Shown here in pieces: positions 1-8,754 of a stretch of DNA of 53,620 nucleotides. The stretch lies in NCBI GenBank assembly GCA_041666145.1, contig JBAYHK010000006.1:1-53620 (forward strand), given 5' to 3'. The stretch comes from Patescibacteria group bacterium (GTDB taxonomy: Bacteria; Patescibacteriota; Patescibacteriia; UBA9934). The number at the start of each line of letters is the position of its first letter. The first letter of the stretch is position 1. The notes beneath the pieces are model-generated. The model saw nothing but the letters and a program-made list of their open reading frames with translations. It ran no database searches and was not told where the DNA came from. A program made the translations under genes and the position numbers.

Positions 1-13
1 GGGCACGAAATAC

Positions 14-101
14 GGAAGGGTCGCATAGCGGCCTAGTGCGCACGCTTGGAAAGCGTGTGTGGGGAAACTCACCGAGGGTTCGAATCCCTCCCCTTCCGCC
101 A
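14..101 (+). tRNA. tRNA-Ser(GGA)
   Basis: Acceptor GGAAGGG/CCCTTCC + GCCA; anticodon arm CACGC-TTGGAAA-GCGTG; long variable arm; T-arm GAGGG-TTCGAAT-CCCTC. Confidence 0.95.
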
Positions 102-180
102 TCCCCCGTCGCCCGACTTTGTCGGGCTATGGGGGATGTCCCTCCGAAGCTCCGAGCGTAAGCGAGGAGCGAAGGGGGAC
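100..180. repeat. Two adjacent GC-rich hairpins directly after tRNA-Ser (terminator or palindromic element)
   Basis: CATCCCCC..GCCCGAC-TTT-GTCGGGC..GGGGGATG, followed by GTCCCTCC...GGGGGAC. Confidence 0.6.
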
Positions 181-239
181 GTATATAGAAACGTTTTGAA
201 TCATTAGAGTGTCGTCGAAGGTTTGTTGGTTTTAGTTGG

Positions 240-357
240 AAACCCTTTTAAATTCGTCACAGCTAGGAGGCGGCGAGCGAAAGTCGAAGCGTACTTAACG
301 GTACGATGAGACTTTAGCGATGCCGACGACAACGCTGTGGCGAATTTAAAAGAGTTT
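240..357. repeat. 118-bp element with 24-bp imperfect terminal inverted repeats
   Basis: AAACCCTTTTAAATTCGTCACAGC (240-263) versus GCTGTGGCGAATTTAAAAGAGTTT (334-357), 2 differences; internal CGTAC-TTAACG-GTACG stem. Confidence 0.7.
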
Positions 358-363
358 CTACAT

Positions 364-439
364 CGGGCTATAGCGCAGTTGGTAGCGCGCGTCGTTCGGG
401 ACGACGAGGTCGTGGGTTCGAATCACGCTAGCCCGACCA
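364..439 (+). tRNA. tRNA-Pro(CGG)
   Basis: Acceptor CGGGCTA/TAGCCCG + ACCA; anticodon arm CGTCG-TTCGGGA-CGACG; TTCGAAT T-loop (T-stem has one G.A mismatch and one G.U pair). Confidence 0.92.
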
Positions 440-475
440 GTTCGCCTTTAATGAAACTAGTTTTTAGATTTTAAT

Positions 476-499
476 CACCGAACAAATCGGTGTTTTTTT
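476..499 (+). terminator. Intrinsic terminator after tRNA-Pro
   Basis: CACCGA-ACAAA-TCGGTG followed by T7. Confidence 0.75.
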
Positions 500-522
500 G
501 TATCTGTAAAGGGGTAAAGCCA

Positions 523-552
523 TTGACAAAACGTGATTTTCTTTGTTACATT
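523..552 (+). promoter_or_regulatory. Sigma70-like promoter of the 610 orphan gene
   Basis: TTGACA-18 nt-TACATT with extended TG; SD AGGAG at 599-603. Confidence 0.6.
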
Positions 553-609
553 TCTTCGTCGAAACTCGACCGAGATTTCAGAATCTCGTCACTCAAGTAG
601 GAGTCTTTC

Positions 610-1242
610 ATGTCCATGTCCGACCAATTCCATTTCGGGATTCTCACATGTCGAGCCGCGAGAATGCTAGGATATCCTGCCTGCGCAGGTGAGAAGGTAG
701 TCTTTGAAAAGTCGCCAGATGGAAAGCTTGCGCTGAACATCTGCTTCGGGGAGCGAAAAATCGGGACAGAGATAACGATCGGGGAATTAGGAATCTTGGA
801 GATCGAAACCCTCGAACTGCAGACTTTTGAGAGGGACGTTCTTTATCCCGGTATCCTTACTCGTAGAGCAGCTGGCGAAACCGGTTCGCTTCTACGTGCG
901 GGAGACAAAGTGAGCTTTTCCAAGTCTTCAGATGGTGGTACTGCTCTGGACGTTTTCTACCCCTGCGGTAACTCCCAGAACTCCTGGATTGGGACGAACC
1001 TCCCAATCGGAGAAGCCGGGGTCTTAGAGATCGCTCCTCACTCGGAGGAGAGGCACTGGGGCTTCATGACCTTTGCGGCGGCAAGAGATCTCGGATCACC
1101 GGGTACCGCTGGCAGAATGGTTTCGTTTACCATGGATAGGGCGGGTGGAGTTGCTGGAAATATTCAATTTGAGGATTGGAATATTTCAGGCGTGGTGCAG
1201 ATCGGTTTCGAAGATGGGATGATTGTCCCGCGTCACTGGTGA
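610..1242 (+). CDS. Hypothetical protein with three internal ~65-aa repeats
   Basis: ORF with SD and promoter; repeated G(I/F)(L/M)TxxAA..G...AG.(K/M)V.F motif. Confidence 0.7.
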   Translation: MSMSDQFHFGILTCRAARMLGYPACAGEKVVFEKSPDGKLALNICFGERKIGTEITIGELGILEIETLELQTFERDVLYPGILTRRAAGETGSLLRAGDKVSFSKSSDGGTALDVFYPCGNSQNSWIGTNLPIGEAGVLEIAPHSEERHWGFMTFAAARDLGSPGTAGRMVSFTMDRAGGVAGNIQFEDWNISGVVQIGFEDGMIVPRHW

Positions 1243-1347
1243 CGAGCTGAGTACGCATGCATCCGTGCGGCAAGAGCCTTTCGGGCCTTGCTGCCGGATG
1301 CTTTTGTTTTTCCTCGCTTTCTTAAGACTTTCTGCTATGCTTTCTTT

Positions 1348-1722
1348 ATGAAGGTTCTCTATGACAAGGCAGTTTTGCATAGCCCGTTGGAAGTGCTTCG
1401 ACGCGCGGGATATTCAGCATTTGTTGATCCGGTAACGAAGGATGAAAGTTTTGTATTGCGGCTGACTTCTGGGTATTACCCAAGGTTCCATATATACGTT
1501 GAAGACAGGGGAAGCGATGTTTCAATCAGTTTGCATCTTGACCAAAAGCAGGCGACATATGGAGAAAATCATGCACATAGTGGCGAATACGAAGGTGCTG
1601 CCATTGAGCAAGAAATGCATAGAATTGATGGTTGGGTAACGCAAACTCGCAAAGAGCACGAATCTCAGCTTCGAGATGACAATCAAGACGGCTTGCCGCG
1701 TCCTTGGTGGAGATTGTGGTAA
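1348..1722 (+). CDS. Hypothetical protein (RFHIY...LHLDQK...HSGEY motif), probably conserved in CPR
   Basis: ORF 1288-1722; ATG 1348 lies 6 nt after an extended -10 (TG-C-TATGCT). Family recognition is from memory only. Confidence 0.7.
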   Translation: MKVLYDKAVLHSPLEVLRRAGYSAFVDPVTKDESFVLRLTSGYYPRFHIYVEDRGSDVSISLHLDQKQATYGENHAHSGEYEGAAIEQEMHRIDGWVTQTRKEHESQLRDDNQDGLPRPWWRLW

Positions 1723-1803
1723 GACTAGCGATTTTTTGAAAATTGTGACAATCTGGTTTTGTCCATTTTGGATTGGGAGGAATTTGAAACTTTCTGGAGG
1801 TGA

Positions 1804-2232
1804 ATGATGCCCGCCGTGAGACCGAGACCGGAAGACAGGACAGTAGGGGAGTTAGAGATGATGATCGTGTCGTGTGTGGTCGTGGAGAATGTCAACAATC
1901 TCTCCCGATCAACGTTCGACATCTGCGTCAGGATTGGCAAGACCGGCGAGCCTTTTCGTCTTCGATCCTTTTTAGGAAGGCTACTTCTCGCCCTTCAACT
2001 CGATCCGAGCATTTTCCAGGGATGGGATTGTGAAGCTCCCATTGAAACACGAGAAGGAGCACGAGAAACTCTTGATCGTGTGAAGACTCGCTTCGTGGCT
2101 GGTGCGGTTATCAGGGCCTCGATTGGTTACGTCCCGAGTAGGTTTCGTGGGAGCGATTTCAAGCCATCAGATCGTATCCTTGAGAGAGATGAAATCGTTT
2201 CCGTTCAGACTCCTAGTGGCGTGCCGTCTTGA
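1804..2232 (+). CDS. Orphan hypothetical protein
   Basis: SD GGAGGTGA at 1796-1803; downstream hairpin and T-tract at ~2288-2320. Confidence 0.6.
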   Translation: MMPAVRPRPEDRTVGELEMMIVSCVVVENVNNLSRSTFDICVRIGKTGEPFRLRSFLGRLLLALQLDPSIFQGWDCEAPIETREGARETLDRVKTRFVAGAVIRASIGYVPSRFRGSDFKPSDRILERDEIVSVQTPSGVPS

Positions 2233-2447
2233 TGGGAAGTACTTCGAAAACTAGTGGAATCGACGTCGTCAACGAACTGTACGCGGCCTTTACGAAATGG
2301 GCCGCGTTTTTGTTTTTCTTGAAAAAATCTTTCGTCAAGGAAGGCGTGCACATGTGGATGCTCACACTTCACGTTCATGAAGTACGTTTGTACAATGCAT
2401 CACATCATTGCGCATGTAGTTGAGGTAGTGCGCTATTCCATTCGCTT

Positions 2448-2927
2448 ATGCGTGTAACTTCACCAGCGTTTGTTTCCGGAGAAATGATTCCGGCGAAATA
2501 CACTTGCGACGGCAAAGACGTGAATCCAGAGCTTTCTATCGCCGACGTTCCGGGCGACACTCAAAGTCTTGCAATTCTTGTTGATGACCCAGATTCTCCT
2601 TCTGGAAATTGGTTGCACTGGAGCGTGTGGAATATTGCCCCAAGCGTTCGTTCAATTCGTGAAAATAGCGTGCCGCAAGGAGCGAGAGAAGGGGAGACAG
2701 ATTTTTCAGAAGTTGGTTACGGAGGCCCTTGCCCTGGAGTTGGAGAGCACGAATATCGTTTTATTGTTTTTGCTCTCGATTGCATTCTCGACATCGGCCA
2801 CGGTGCAACTCGAGACATTGTCGAAGCAGCCATGAACGGACACATCATCGCTCAGGCAGCCCTGCACGGCCGTTATCAGCGCCAGAAGATCCGTGCCATG
2901 ATCCAGTCCCATTCTGTAACGGCGTAG
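2448..2927 (+). CDS. YbhB/YbcL family (PEBP/RKIP-like) protein
   Basis: Motifs DPDSP, WLHW, GYGGPCP, HEYRF. Confidence 0.93.
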   Translation: MRVTSPAFVSGEMIPAKYTCDGKDVNPELSIADVPGDTQSLAILVDDPDSPSGNWLHWSVWNIAPSVRSIRENSVPQGAREGETDFSEVGYGGPCPGVGEHEYRFIVFALDCILDIGHGATRDIVEAAMNGHIIAQAALHGRYQRQKIRAMIQSHSVTA

Positions 2928-2959
2928 TGAAAAATGGTTATTTTGAATATAAAGGTTCT

Positions 2960-3535
2960 ATGATCTTGCGTAATTATTGTTTTGACGATGTTCGTTTTGA
3001 GACACTTCCTCAGGAGTTTTAGATGTTGGCAGCGACGATTGATCGTAATAACAATATTCTTCCAGCTGTGATGGATATGGACGATCAGGATTTAATTCGG
3101 ATGGCTCAACAAAGATTAAAATTACTAGAAGAAGGAGTTCGAGAAGCTTATCCTCATGAGAAGGCTCTGGTCGAAAATTCATTACGGATAATTGAAAAAT
3201 TTTTAAAAAGGTGGAGGGCCGAATCGGAGGGGACGCCTCTGATTGAATATTGTTCGGAAAGAGGTACAGATTTTTCTTCTTTACCAGAAGCGCTTCAGCG
3301 TTTGTATGTCGGAGTTTATGGTGATTCCCCGAGTCTTCGACAGGATGCATTGATAACAAATATTGAGTATCTGATTTTAATGGCTCAAGAAAGATTGAGA
3401 AGACTCGGGAGAGGAAAAAAAGAGTCTTTTGAACATGAGAAAGATGATCTTGAATCATCATTACGAGGAGCTGAAAATTACTTAAAGGAATTGCAAGAAA
3501 AGCATGAGGGAAATAGGGAATTCAGGATTCGGTAA
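2960..3535 (+). pseudogene. Two-repeat helical protein interrupted by an in-frame TAG at 3020-3022 (3023-3535 may still be expressed)
   Basis: The 20 codons upstream of the TAG align with the second internal repeat, and the stop falls where repeat 2 has Gln. Confidence 0.55.
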
Positions 3536-3623
3536 TCGAACCACATGAGGCGCTTTTTTGTAAAAAAATGACAGTTGTGATAGGTTTTTGCCGCTGTCTT
3601 TCACAACGAGCAAGGAGCTTGCG

Positions 3624-4250
3624 ATGTCTGAAACCCCCACTGTCCCTGTCATTCTTCCTTTTGAGCTCGATCCTGATGTCGATGATAGTCTCGATTCTGA
3701 TTCCGAACCGAGATCTGACTGCGCTCAGGTTCTGAATCTGGATGGCCCGTCCGACAACGACCAAGCGCCACAGGAAGCTCATGGTCGCGATCCGTTCGAT
3801 TCCTGTGACTTCGAGACTGACCTCGACAGGGTGAGGCTTCCAGAATATGCGGGCGATCTTGACCCTTTCCATCTTCTGAAAGTGGGTAATGCCTCGACGC
3901 TGGAGGTCATTCACAAAGTCGCCATCGGTAAAGTCATCGTCATCTTGATGTCGAATTCGGATGGATACGTGATCGGTGCCATGGTCACTCGAGTGGAGCG
4001 TGTATCTCGAGTCGTCGAGGAACAGCGTGATGGCCGCCGATACGCGGAATGTCTTCAGCTCTTTGTTCCGTGTCTCCTCAGTGGACGTCCGATCAATTTC
4101 GTCTCGCATCGTTCTGGGGCGGCGCAGAGCTTTACGGCGAGCGGCACTCCATGCGCGGTTCTCATTCCGGACGAGTTCAACACTGTCGAGTCCATCCTCG
4201 AAGACTGGGGGACCCGAAATCCGGATCTCGAAATCTTCGATCGAAGGTAG
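3624..4250 (+). CDS. Orphan hypothetical protein with acidic N-terminus
   Basis: Promoter TTGTAA-17-TAGGTT (3558-3586), SD AGGAG 3613-3617, hairpin and T-tract after the stop. Confidence 0.65.
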   Translation: MSETPTVPVILPFELDPDVDDSLDSDSEPRSDCAQVLNLDGPSDNDQAPQEAHGRDPFDSCDFETDLDRVRLPEYAGDLDPFHLLKVGNASTLEVIHKVAIGKVIVILMSNSDGYVIGAMVTRVERVSRVVEEQRDGRRYAECLQLFVPCLLSGRPINFVSHRSGAAQSFTASGTPCAVLIPDEFNTVESILEDWGTRNPDLEIFDRR

Positions 4251-4347
4251 CGATGCCTCGTGTCGGAGAGGCTACACCACGAACGGAGCCCTACGCGGCT
4301 CCGTTGTTGTTTTTCTTTTTTTCTTTTCCGTTTACACTGCCATCACT

Positions 4348-5730
4348 ATGTCTATTCACTTGTTTAATACACTTGGCAGAAAAAAAGAGGCCTTTGCGTC
4401 GCTTGTTTCAGGAAAAGTCGGAATGTATACGTGCGGATTGACGGTGTATGGCAGGGGGCATATTGGAAATTTTCGGGCGTTTATTGTGGCAGATGTGCTT
4501 CGAAGAATGTTTGAAGCGAATCAGTATGTTGTGACGCATGTGGTGAATATTACCGACGTTGGACATTTGACTGACGACGCAAGCGACGGCGCAGATAAGC
4601 TTCAGTTAGCGAGTGAGAAGACGGGAGAAACCGCTTGGGACATTGCGGCAAAGTTCACAGCTCTATATTTCGACGACGCGAAAAAGTTTAATTTGCTTAC
4701 GCCGACGGTTAGTCCAAAAGCGACTGACCACATCGCAGAACAAATCGCGATGATTCAGGAGATTGAGGCGAATGGCTACACATGCAACATTGCGGATGGA
4801 ATTTATTTCGATACGTCGAAGCTGTCATCATACGGTCAGCTTTCTGGGCAGTCGTTAGGAGAGAAGGAAAGCGGAGCTCGAGTTTCTCTTGGCGAGAAGA
4901 AGAACGGAAGCGACTTTGCACTTTGGAAGTTTTCTCCGAAAGGGTCAGCTCGTCACATGGAATGGGAGTCGCCGTGGGGCAAGGGTTTTCCAGGTTGGCA
5001 CATTGAATGTTCAGCAATGAGTGCGAAGTATCTTGGTGTGCCTTTTGACGTTCATACCGGAGGAATCGATCATATTGCGGTTCATCACGAGAATGAAATC
5101 GCGCAAACGCTTGCGGCAAAGAACTGTTTAGAAGCGAATGTTTGGGTGCATAACGAATTTTTGCAGATTGACGGTGGAAAAATGAGTAAGTCGCTCGGGA
5201 ATACCTATACGGTCGAAGACCTTGAATCTCATGGAATTCATCCGCTGTCATTCCGTCTCTTTATTCTTGGCGCGCACTACAGAACTCCGCAGAATTTTAC
5301 GTGGGATGCCGTTGCGGCAAGTCATACGGCACTCGGCAATATCCGCGATGCAGTTCGAGAACTTCCAAAGCCGCATGGAGATGTAGACGCAGAATCGATG
5401 GCGGTATTCATGGAGCGAGTGAATGATGATCTTGATACCCCCGGTGCTCTCGCTATTTTCTACGGAGTTCTGAATGACACTTCGATGGAGCGCGGAACGA
5501 AGGCATCGACGTTGCTTAAAATGGATGAAGTGCTTGGATTGGCTCTTGAGGATGTTCTTGCTCGGCCAGTGATCGTTCCGAGTGCGATTGAGAAAATGGT
5601 GGTAGATCGAGAGAACGCGCGAAAAGAAAAAGATTGGAAAAGATCTGACGAGATTCGAGATGAGATTGTGAAGCTTGGATACATTGTCGAAGACGGTGCA
5701 AGCGGACAGAAGATAAAAGAAGTTTGGTAA
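4348..5730 (+). CDS. cysS: Cysteinyl-tRNA synthetase
   Basis: CG.TVY, HIGN (HIGH motif), [20 protein letters not shown] motifs; start trimmed from ORF 3976. Confidence 0.98.
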   Translation: MSIHLFNTLGRKKEAFASLVSGKVGMYTCGLTVYGRGHIGNFRAFIVADVLRRMFEANQYVVTHVVNITDVGHLTDDASDGADKLQLASEKTGETAWDIAAKFTALYFDDAKKFNLLTPTVSPKATDHIAEQIAMIQEIEANGYTCNIADGIYFDTSKLSSYGQLSGQSLGEKESGARVSLGEKKNGSDFALWKFSPKGSARHMEWESPWGKGFPGWHIECSAMSAKYLGVPFDVHTGGIDHIAVHHENEIAQTLAAKNCLEANVWVHNEFLQIDGGKMSKSLGNTYTVEDLESHGIHPLSFRLFILGAHYRTPQNFTWDAVAASHTALGNIRDAVRELPKPHGDVDAESMAVFMERVNDDLDTPGALAIFYGVLNDTSMERGTKASTLLKMDEVLGLALEDVLARPVIVPSAIEKMVVDRENARKEKDWKRSDEIRDEIVKLGYIVEDGASGQKIKEVW

Positions 5731-5736
5731 AAAAAT

Positions 5737-5766
5737 ACACCCCGCAAGCTATGAGCTGCGGGGTGT
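5737..5766. terminator. Bidirectional terminator between convergent cysS and ABC transporter genes
   Basis: ACACCCCGCA...TGCGGGGTGT flanked by A and T runs. Confidence 0.75.
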
Positions 5767-5771
5767 TTCGT

Positions 5772-7574
5772 TTATGCGCCGAGGTTGACGCCTTCAAGTT
5801 CTGCGAGCCTGCGGAACGTGGGGGAGCGCTTTGCCAGCTCTTCCATGTTCGGGGCAGTTGCTTCGACCTGTGGCTCGTCGCTGCTTCCTCCAGTGACGAC
5901 GACGTAGTGATTGCAATGCCGAAGCGTTGAAAGGCGGTGGGCGATGAAGAGCGCGGTGGCTCCGTCTTTCAGAAGTTCGTACAGCGCTTGCTGCACGGCG
6001 TCTTGGCTTTCTGCGTCGAGTGATGCCGTTCCTTCGTCAACGATGAGAAATCTGGGACGCTTCATCGCAGCAGCTGCGATCATGACGCGTTGTGCTTCTC
6101 CGCCAGAAAGCTGAACGCCTTCTTTTCCAACGACTGTTTCCAATCCATGTGTGAGCCGTGCGCCGAAGTTCACGCGGAACCGATTGACTACTTCCCAAAG
6201 TACCTCGTCTGTTACCTTTGCTGCTTCTTCTTTGCCGAGCGCATACAGAAGGTTTTCTCGCAGTGTTCCGTCAAAGATCTGTGGACGTTGTGGAATGTAT
6301 GCAGTCAGCTTCCGCCAACTGGACAAGCCGATGTTTCGCAGATCGTGTCCGTTGATGATGATGTTCCCATGTGTTGGGTCCATGTATCGCAGGATCAGTC
6401 GAACAAGCGTGCTTTTTCCAGCTCCGCTTGGCCCAATGAGTGCGACGCGTTGCCCGGCTCCGATCGTGAATGAAAGATCGTTGAGTGTTGGCGCCGTGCT
6501 TCCTTTGTAGCAGTGGGTGACTCCACGGATCTCTACTTCTATATCTGAACCAGCAGGAATCTGAAACGGATTCGTAGACTCGAGTACGCGAGGTTGCAAC
6601 TCAAGCGCCTGTCTCATGCTTCTGAGCGACGGTATGCACCAGGTAATCTGTCGTTCTAGGGTTGCGAGTGTATGGGTTTGGCCTATAACGATCATGGTCC
6701 AGCTTGCTATTGCCACGAAATCCGGAATGTTCATTGCGCCGAGTGATGTTTGTTGCAATGCGTAAGCAATTACAGCAAGAAGCCCGACTGCAGTAATGCT
6801 GTTGCGCAGCATGCCCTTGTCGATGAATCCCAGCCAAACTCTTCGGTCGCTCTTGATCATTTCCTTGAACTGATCGTCCATACTCTCAATCTCTTCTTTG
6901 ATTTTGTTTGACGTTGCTACCCGTTCGATCCCGTTCCAACGTTCATCGCGCTGCCCGATGATTTTTCTGTAGGTGACGTCAACTTTGTCCGCTTCAGGAA
7001 TGAGCGCATGGTTCATGATTGTTGAGGTGATTACGCTCACCAGTACGGTTGCGAACGTAATGAGCGCACACATTGGCGAGATGATGCAGAGCACGACAAA
7101 AGTCATGACTAGCGAGATGCTTGTTTCTAAGAGCCACCAGTTTATGAGTCCAGAAAGTGTTTCTGCTCGTCCGCGTCCTTTTTCCATAGACGCTTGGCTG
7201 AGAAGTTTGTGTTCTTCCAGATGAAGACCGAGGTCTTTTTCAAAGAAGCGTTGATTGATGCCGCGATCTAGGTATCGAATGGCCTGGCCAATGAAAAGCT
7301 CTCGTGCCCTACTTCCACGCCAGTCAAAGACTGAACGAAGAAAATGAGCGACTGCGATTCCTGCGAATGCAAGCCAAAGGCTTCTTGTGTCGTTCTTGGC
7401 AAGCGCTGCGATCATTGCTCCGAGACACCACGGTTCGGCCAAATCTGCGGTTTTCATGAAGAACGTCCAGAACGCGTTGGCCTTTAGGTAGCGTTTGCAC
7501 GCGTCGTCGAAAAAGGTACCGGAAAGCCAAGTGAGCATCTTGGCGACGTCGATGATGGTAGCGAACAGTTTCAC
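5772..7574 (-). CDS. ABC transporter, fused permease/ATPase (ABCB/MsbA-like exporter)
   Basis: N-terminal TM domain; Walker A GPSGAGKS, signature LSGGEAQR, Walker B LIVDE, AHRLST; SD AGGAG upstream. Confidence 0.92.
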   Translation of the reverse strand: MKLFATIIDVAKMLTWLSGTFFDDACKRYLKANAFWTFFMKTADLAEPWCLGAMIAALAKNDTRSLWLAFAGIAVAHFLRSVFDWRGSRARELFIGQAIRYLDRGINQRFFEKDLGLHLEEHKLLSQASMEKGRGRAETLSGLINWWLLETSISLVMTFVVLCIISPMCALITFATVLVSVITSTIMNHALIPEADKVDVTYRKIIGQRDERWNGIERVATSNKIKEEIESMDDQFKEMIKSDRRVWLGFIDKGMLRNSITAVGLLAVIAYALQQTSLGAMNIPDFVAIASWTMIVIGQTHTLATLERQITWCIPSLRSMRQALELQPRVLESTNPFQIPAGSDIEVEIRGVTHCYKGSTAPTLNDLSFTIGAGQRVALIGPSGAGKSTLVRLILRYMDPTHGNIIINGHDLRNIGLSSWRKLTAYIPQRPQIFDGTLRENLLYALGKEEAAKVTDEVLWEVVNRFRVNFGARLTHGLETVVGKEGVQLSGGEAQRVMIAAAAMKRPRFLIVDEGTASLDAESQDAVQQALYELLKDGATALFIAHRLSTLRHCNHYVVVTGGSSDEPQVEATAPNMEELAKRSPTFRRLAELEGVNLGA

Positions 7575-7953
7575 GGTGACTCCTGTGATTTTTGTGAAAG
7601 AGCTTTCGTTTTGCTGTTTTTAGCAAAACGTTGAAGTTCTTTACGCCATGAATGCGTACAAAAATCCGGACATTGTGCCAAAAAAGCCAAACGCAAATAC
7701 AAGATTTGCTCCACGGAATGCACCGCGGGCAAGCTTGCGAACAAAAGATGTAATTTGCGTATTCATAGGGATGAAATTGGCGCTCTTTCGGCGAGCGACA
7801 GGAAAGATTATCAAGACCGGCCATTCTCGTCAAATACCAGTGTGGAGAAACGTCGCGAACCTTAGCGAAGAACAATTAAAATTCTTGAATAAAATCACAA
7901 CGCCCAGCAGTCCACGTGAAGGACTTGCTGGGCGGAGTTGTAGCTTTGGGGAT

Positions 7954-8163
7954 CTAGTCTTTTGTATGGAGTCTTCTTGCCATCAAGAAACAGATGGCTC
8001 CAGTAACCAGACAGTTGATCGACATTGTATTCATGTTGGCGATCATGAGCGCCTTGTACGCAGTCGCGAGTTCGGTGCCTGTGACGTTCACGAAGTTGGC
8101 GATGTAACCTGCGGCTATCATCGCGGTCCACAGAACTGAGGCAACGCTGTACAGAAAAAACAC
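7954..8163 (-). CDS. Small membrane protein (possibly starts at ATG 8180 via a +1 homopolymer frameshift)
   Basis: Two hydrophobic segments; downstream hairpin at ~7902-7934. Confidence 0.5.
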   Translation of the reverse strand: MFFLYSVASVLWTAMIAAGYIANFVNVTGTELATAYKALMIANMNTMSINCLVTGAICFLMARRLHTKD

Positions 8164-8277
8164 TAGAAGTTTTTTGCCATTATTTTTCCAGTCGCGCCGT
8201 AACTTTGTGCCACGGTAGGTGCGACGGGGTATTTAAACATAAAAAATCAAAAATGTCCATCGTGTTACAATATTGGC

Positions 8278-8751
8278 ATGTCGGAATTAGAACGAGTGCC
8301 GTCGTTTTTGCCAGCGCAAGAAGCGGCGCCAATACAGCCAGAACAGGCTGCAGAACAGGAATCTGCGGCTCCAAAAGTCGCTCCGCAACCGCAGGCTCCG
8401 GTTGAAGTTTTGCAGCGTGTGCAATCGAGTATAGGAGGGCAGCAATTCGTTGCTCAAGATCCAAGAGTTGGAATGTTAAAACAGGTGGAGGAGCTGCTTG
8501 CAGAAGGATTAATGCAGCTTTACATGTCTTTGCCAGAGGAGCGTCGCGCGGTGTTTAAGCAGAAAGGGGAAGAGGTGGCGAATAAGATTACGGACATGAT
8601 TTTGTATGGGAAGGCAAGAGTAAAAGAGGTTTGGAAGCTTATTGGTGAATGGCTTCGATTAGTACCTGGAGTGAACAAATATTACTTGGAACAAGAGATT
8701 AAAATTAAAACCGACAAAATCATGACGCTTGTGGAGTCGGAACAAACGTAA
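8278..8751 (+). CDS. Hypothetical protein with Pro/Ala/Glu/Gln-rich N-terminus and helical C-domain
   Basis: ORF ends 3 nt upstream of the ATPase gene, so probably co-transcribed. Confidence 0.75.
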   Translation: MSELERVPSFLPAQEAAPIQPEQAAEQESAAPKVAPQPQAPVEVLQRVQSSIGGQQFVAQDPRVGMLKQVEELLAEGLMQLYMSLPEERRAVFKQKGEEVANKITDMILYGKARVKEVWKLIGEWLRLVPGVNKYYLEQEIKIKTDKIMTLVESEQT

Positions 8752-8754
8752 TCT

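Noticed and set aside
412-428. tRNA-Pro as a pseudogene because of its weak T-stem
   Set aside because: All other arms, the CCA end and the terminator are intact, so one mismatch is insufficient.
3976-4347. N-terminal extensions of cysS (also dnaG, rpoD, rnj, typA, engB and the 30236 ORF) as given by the ORF track
   Set aside because: The extensions run through upstream genes, terminators or att arms, and the family N-termini begin at the downstream ATGs.
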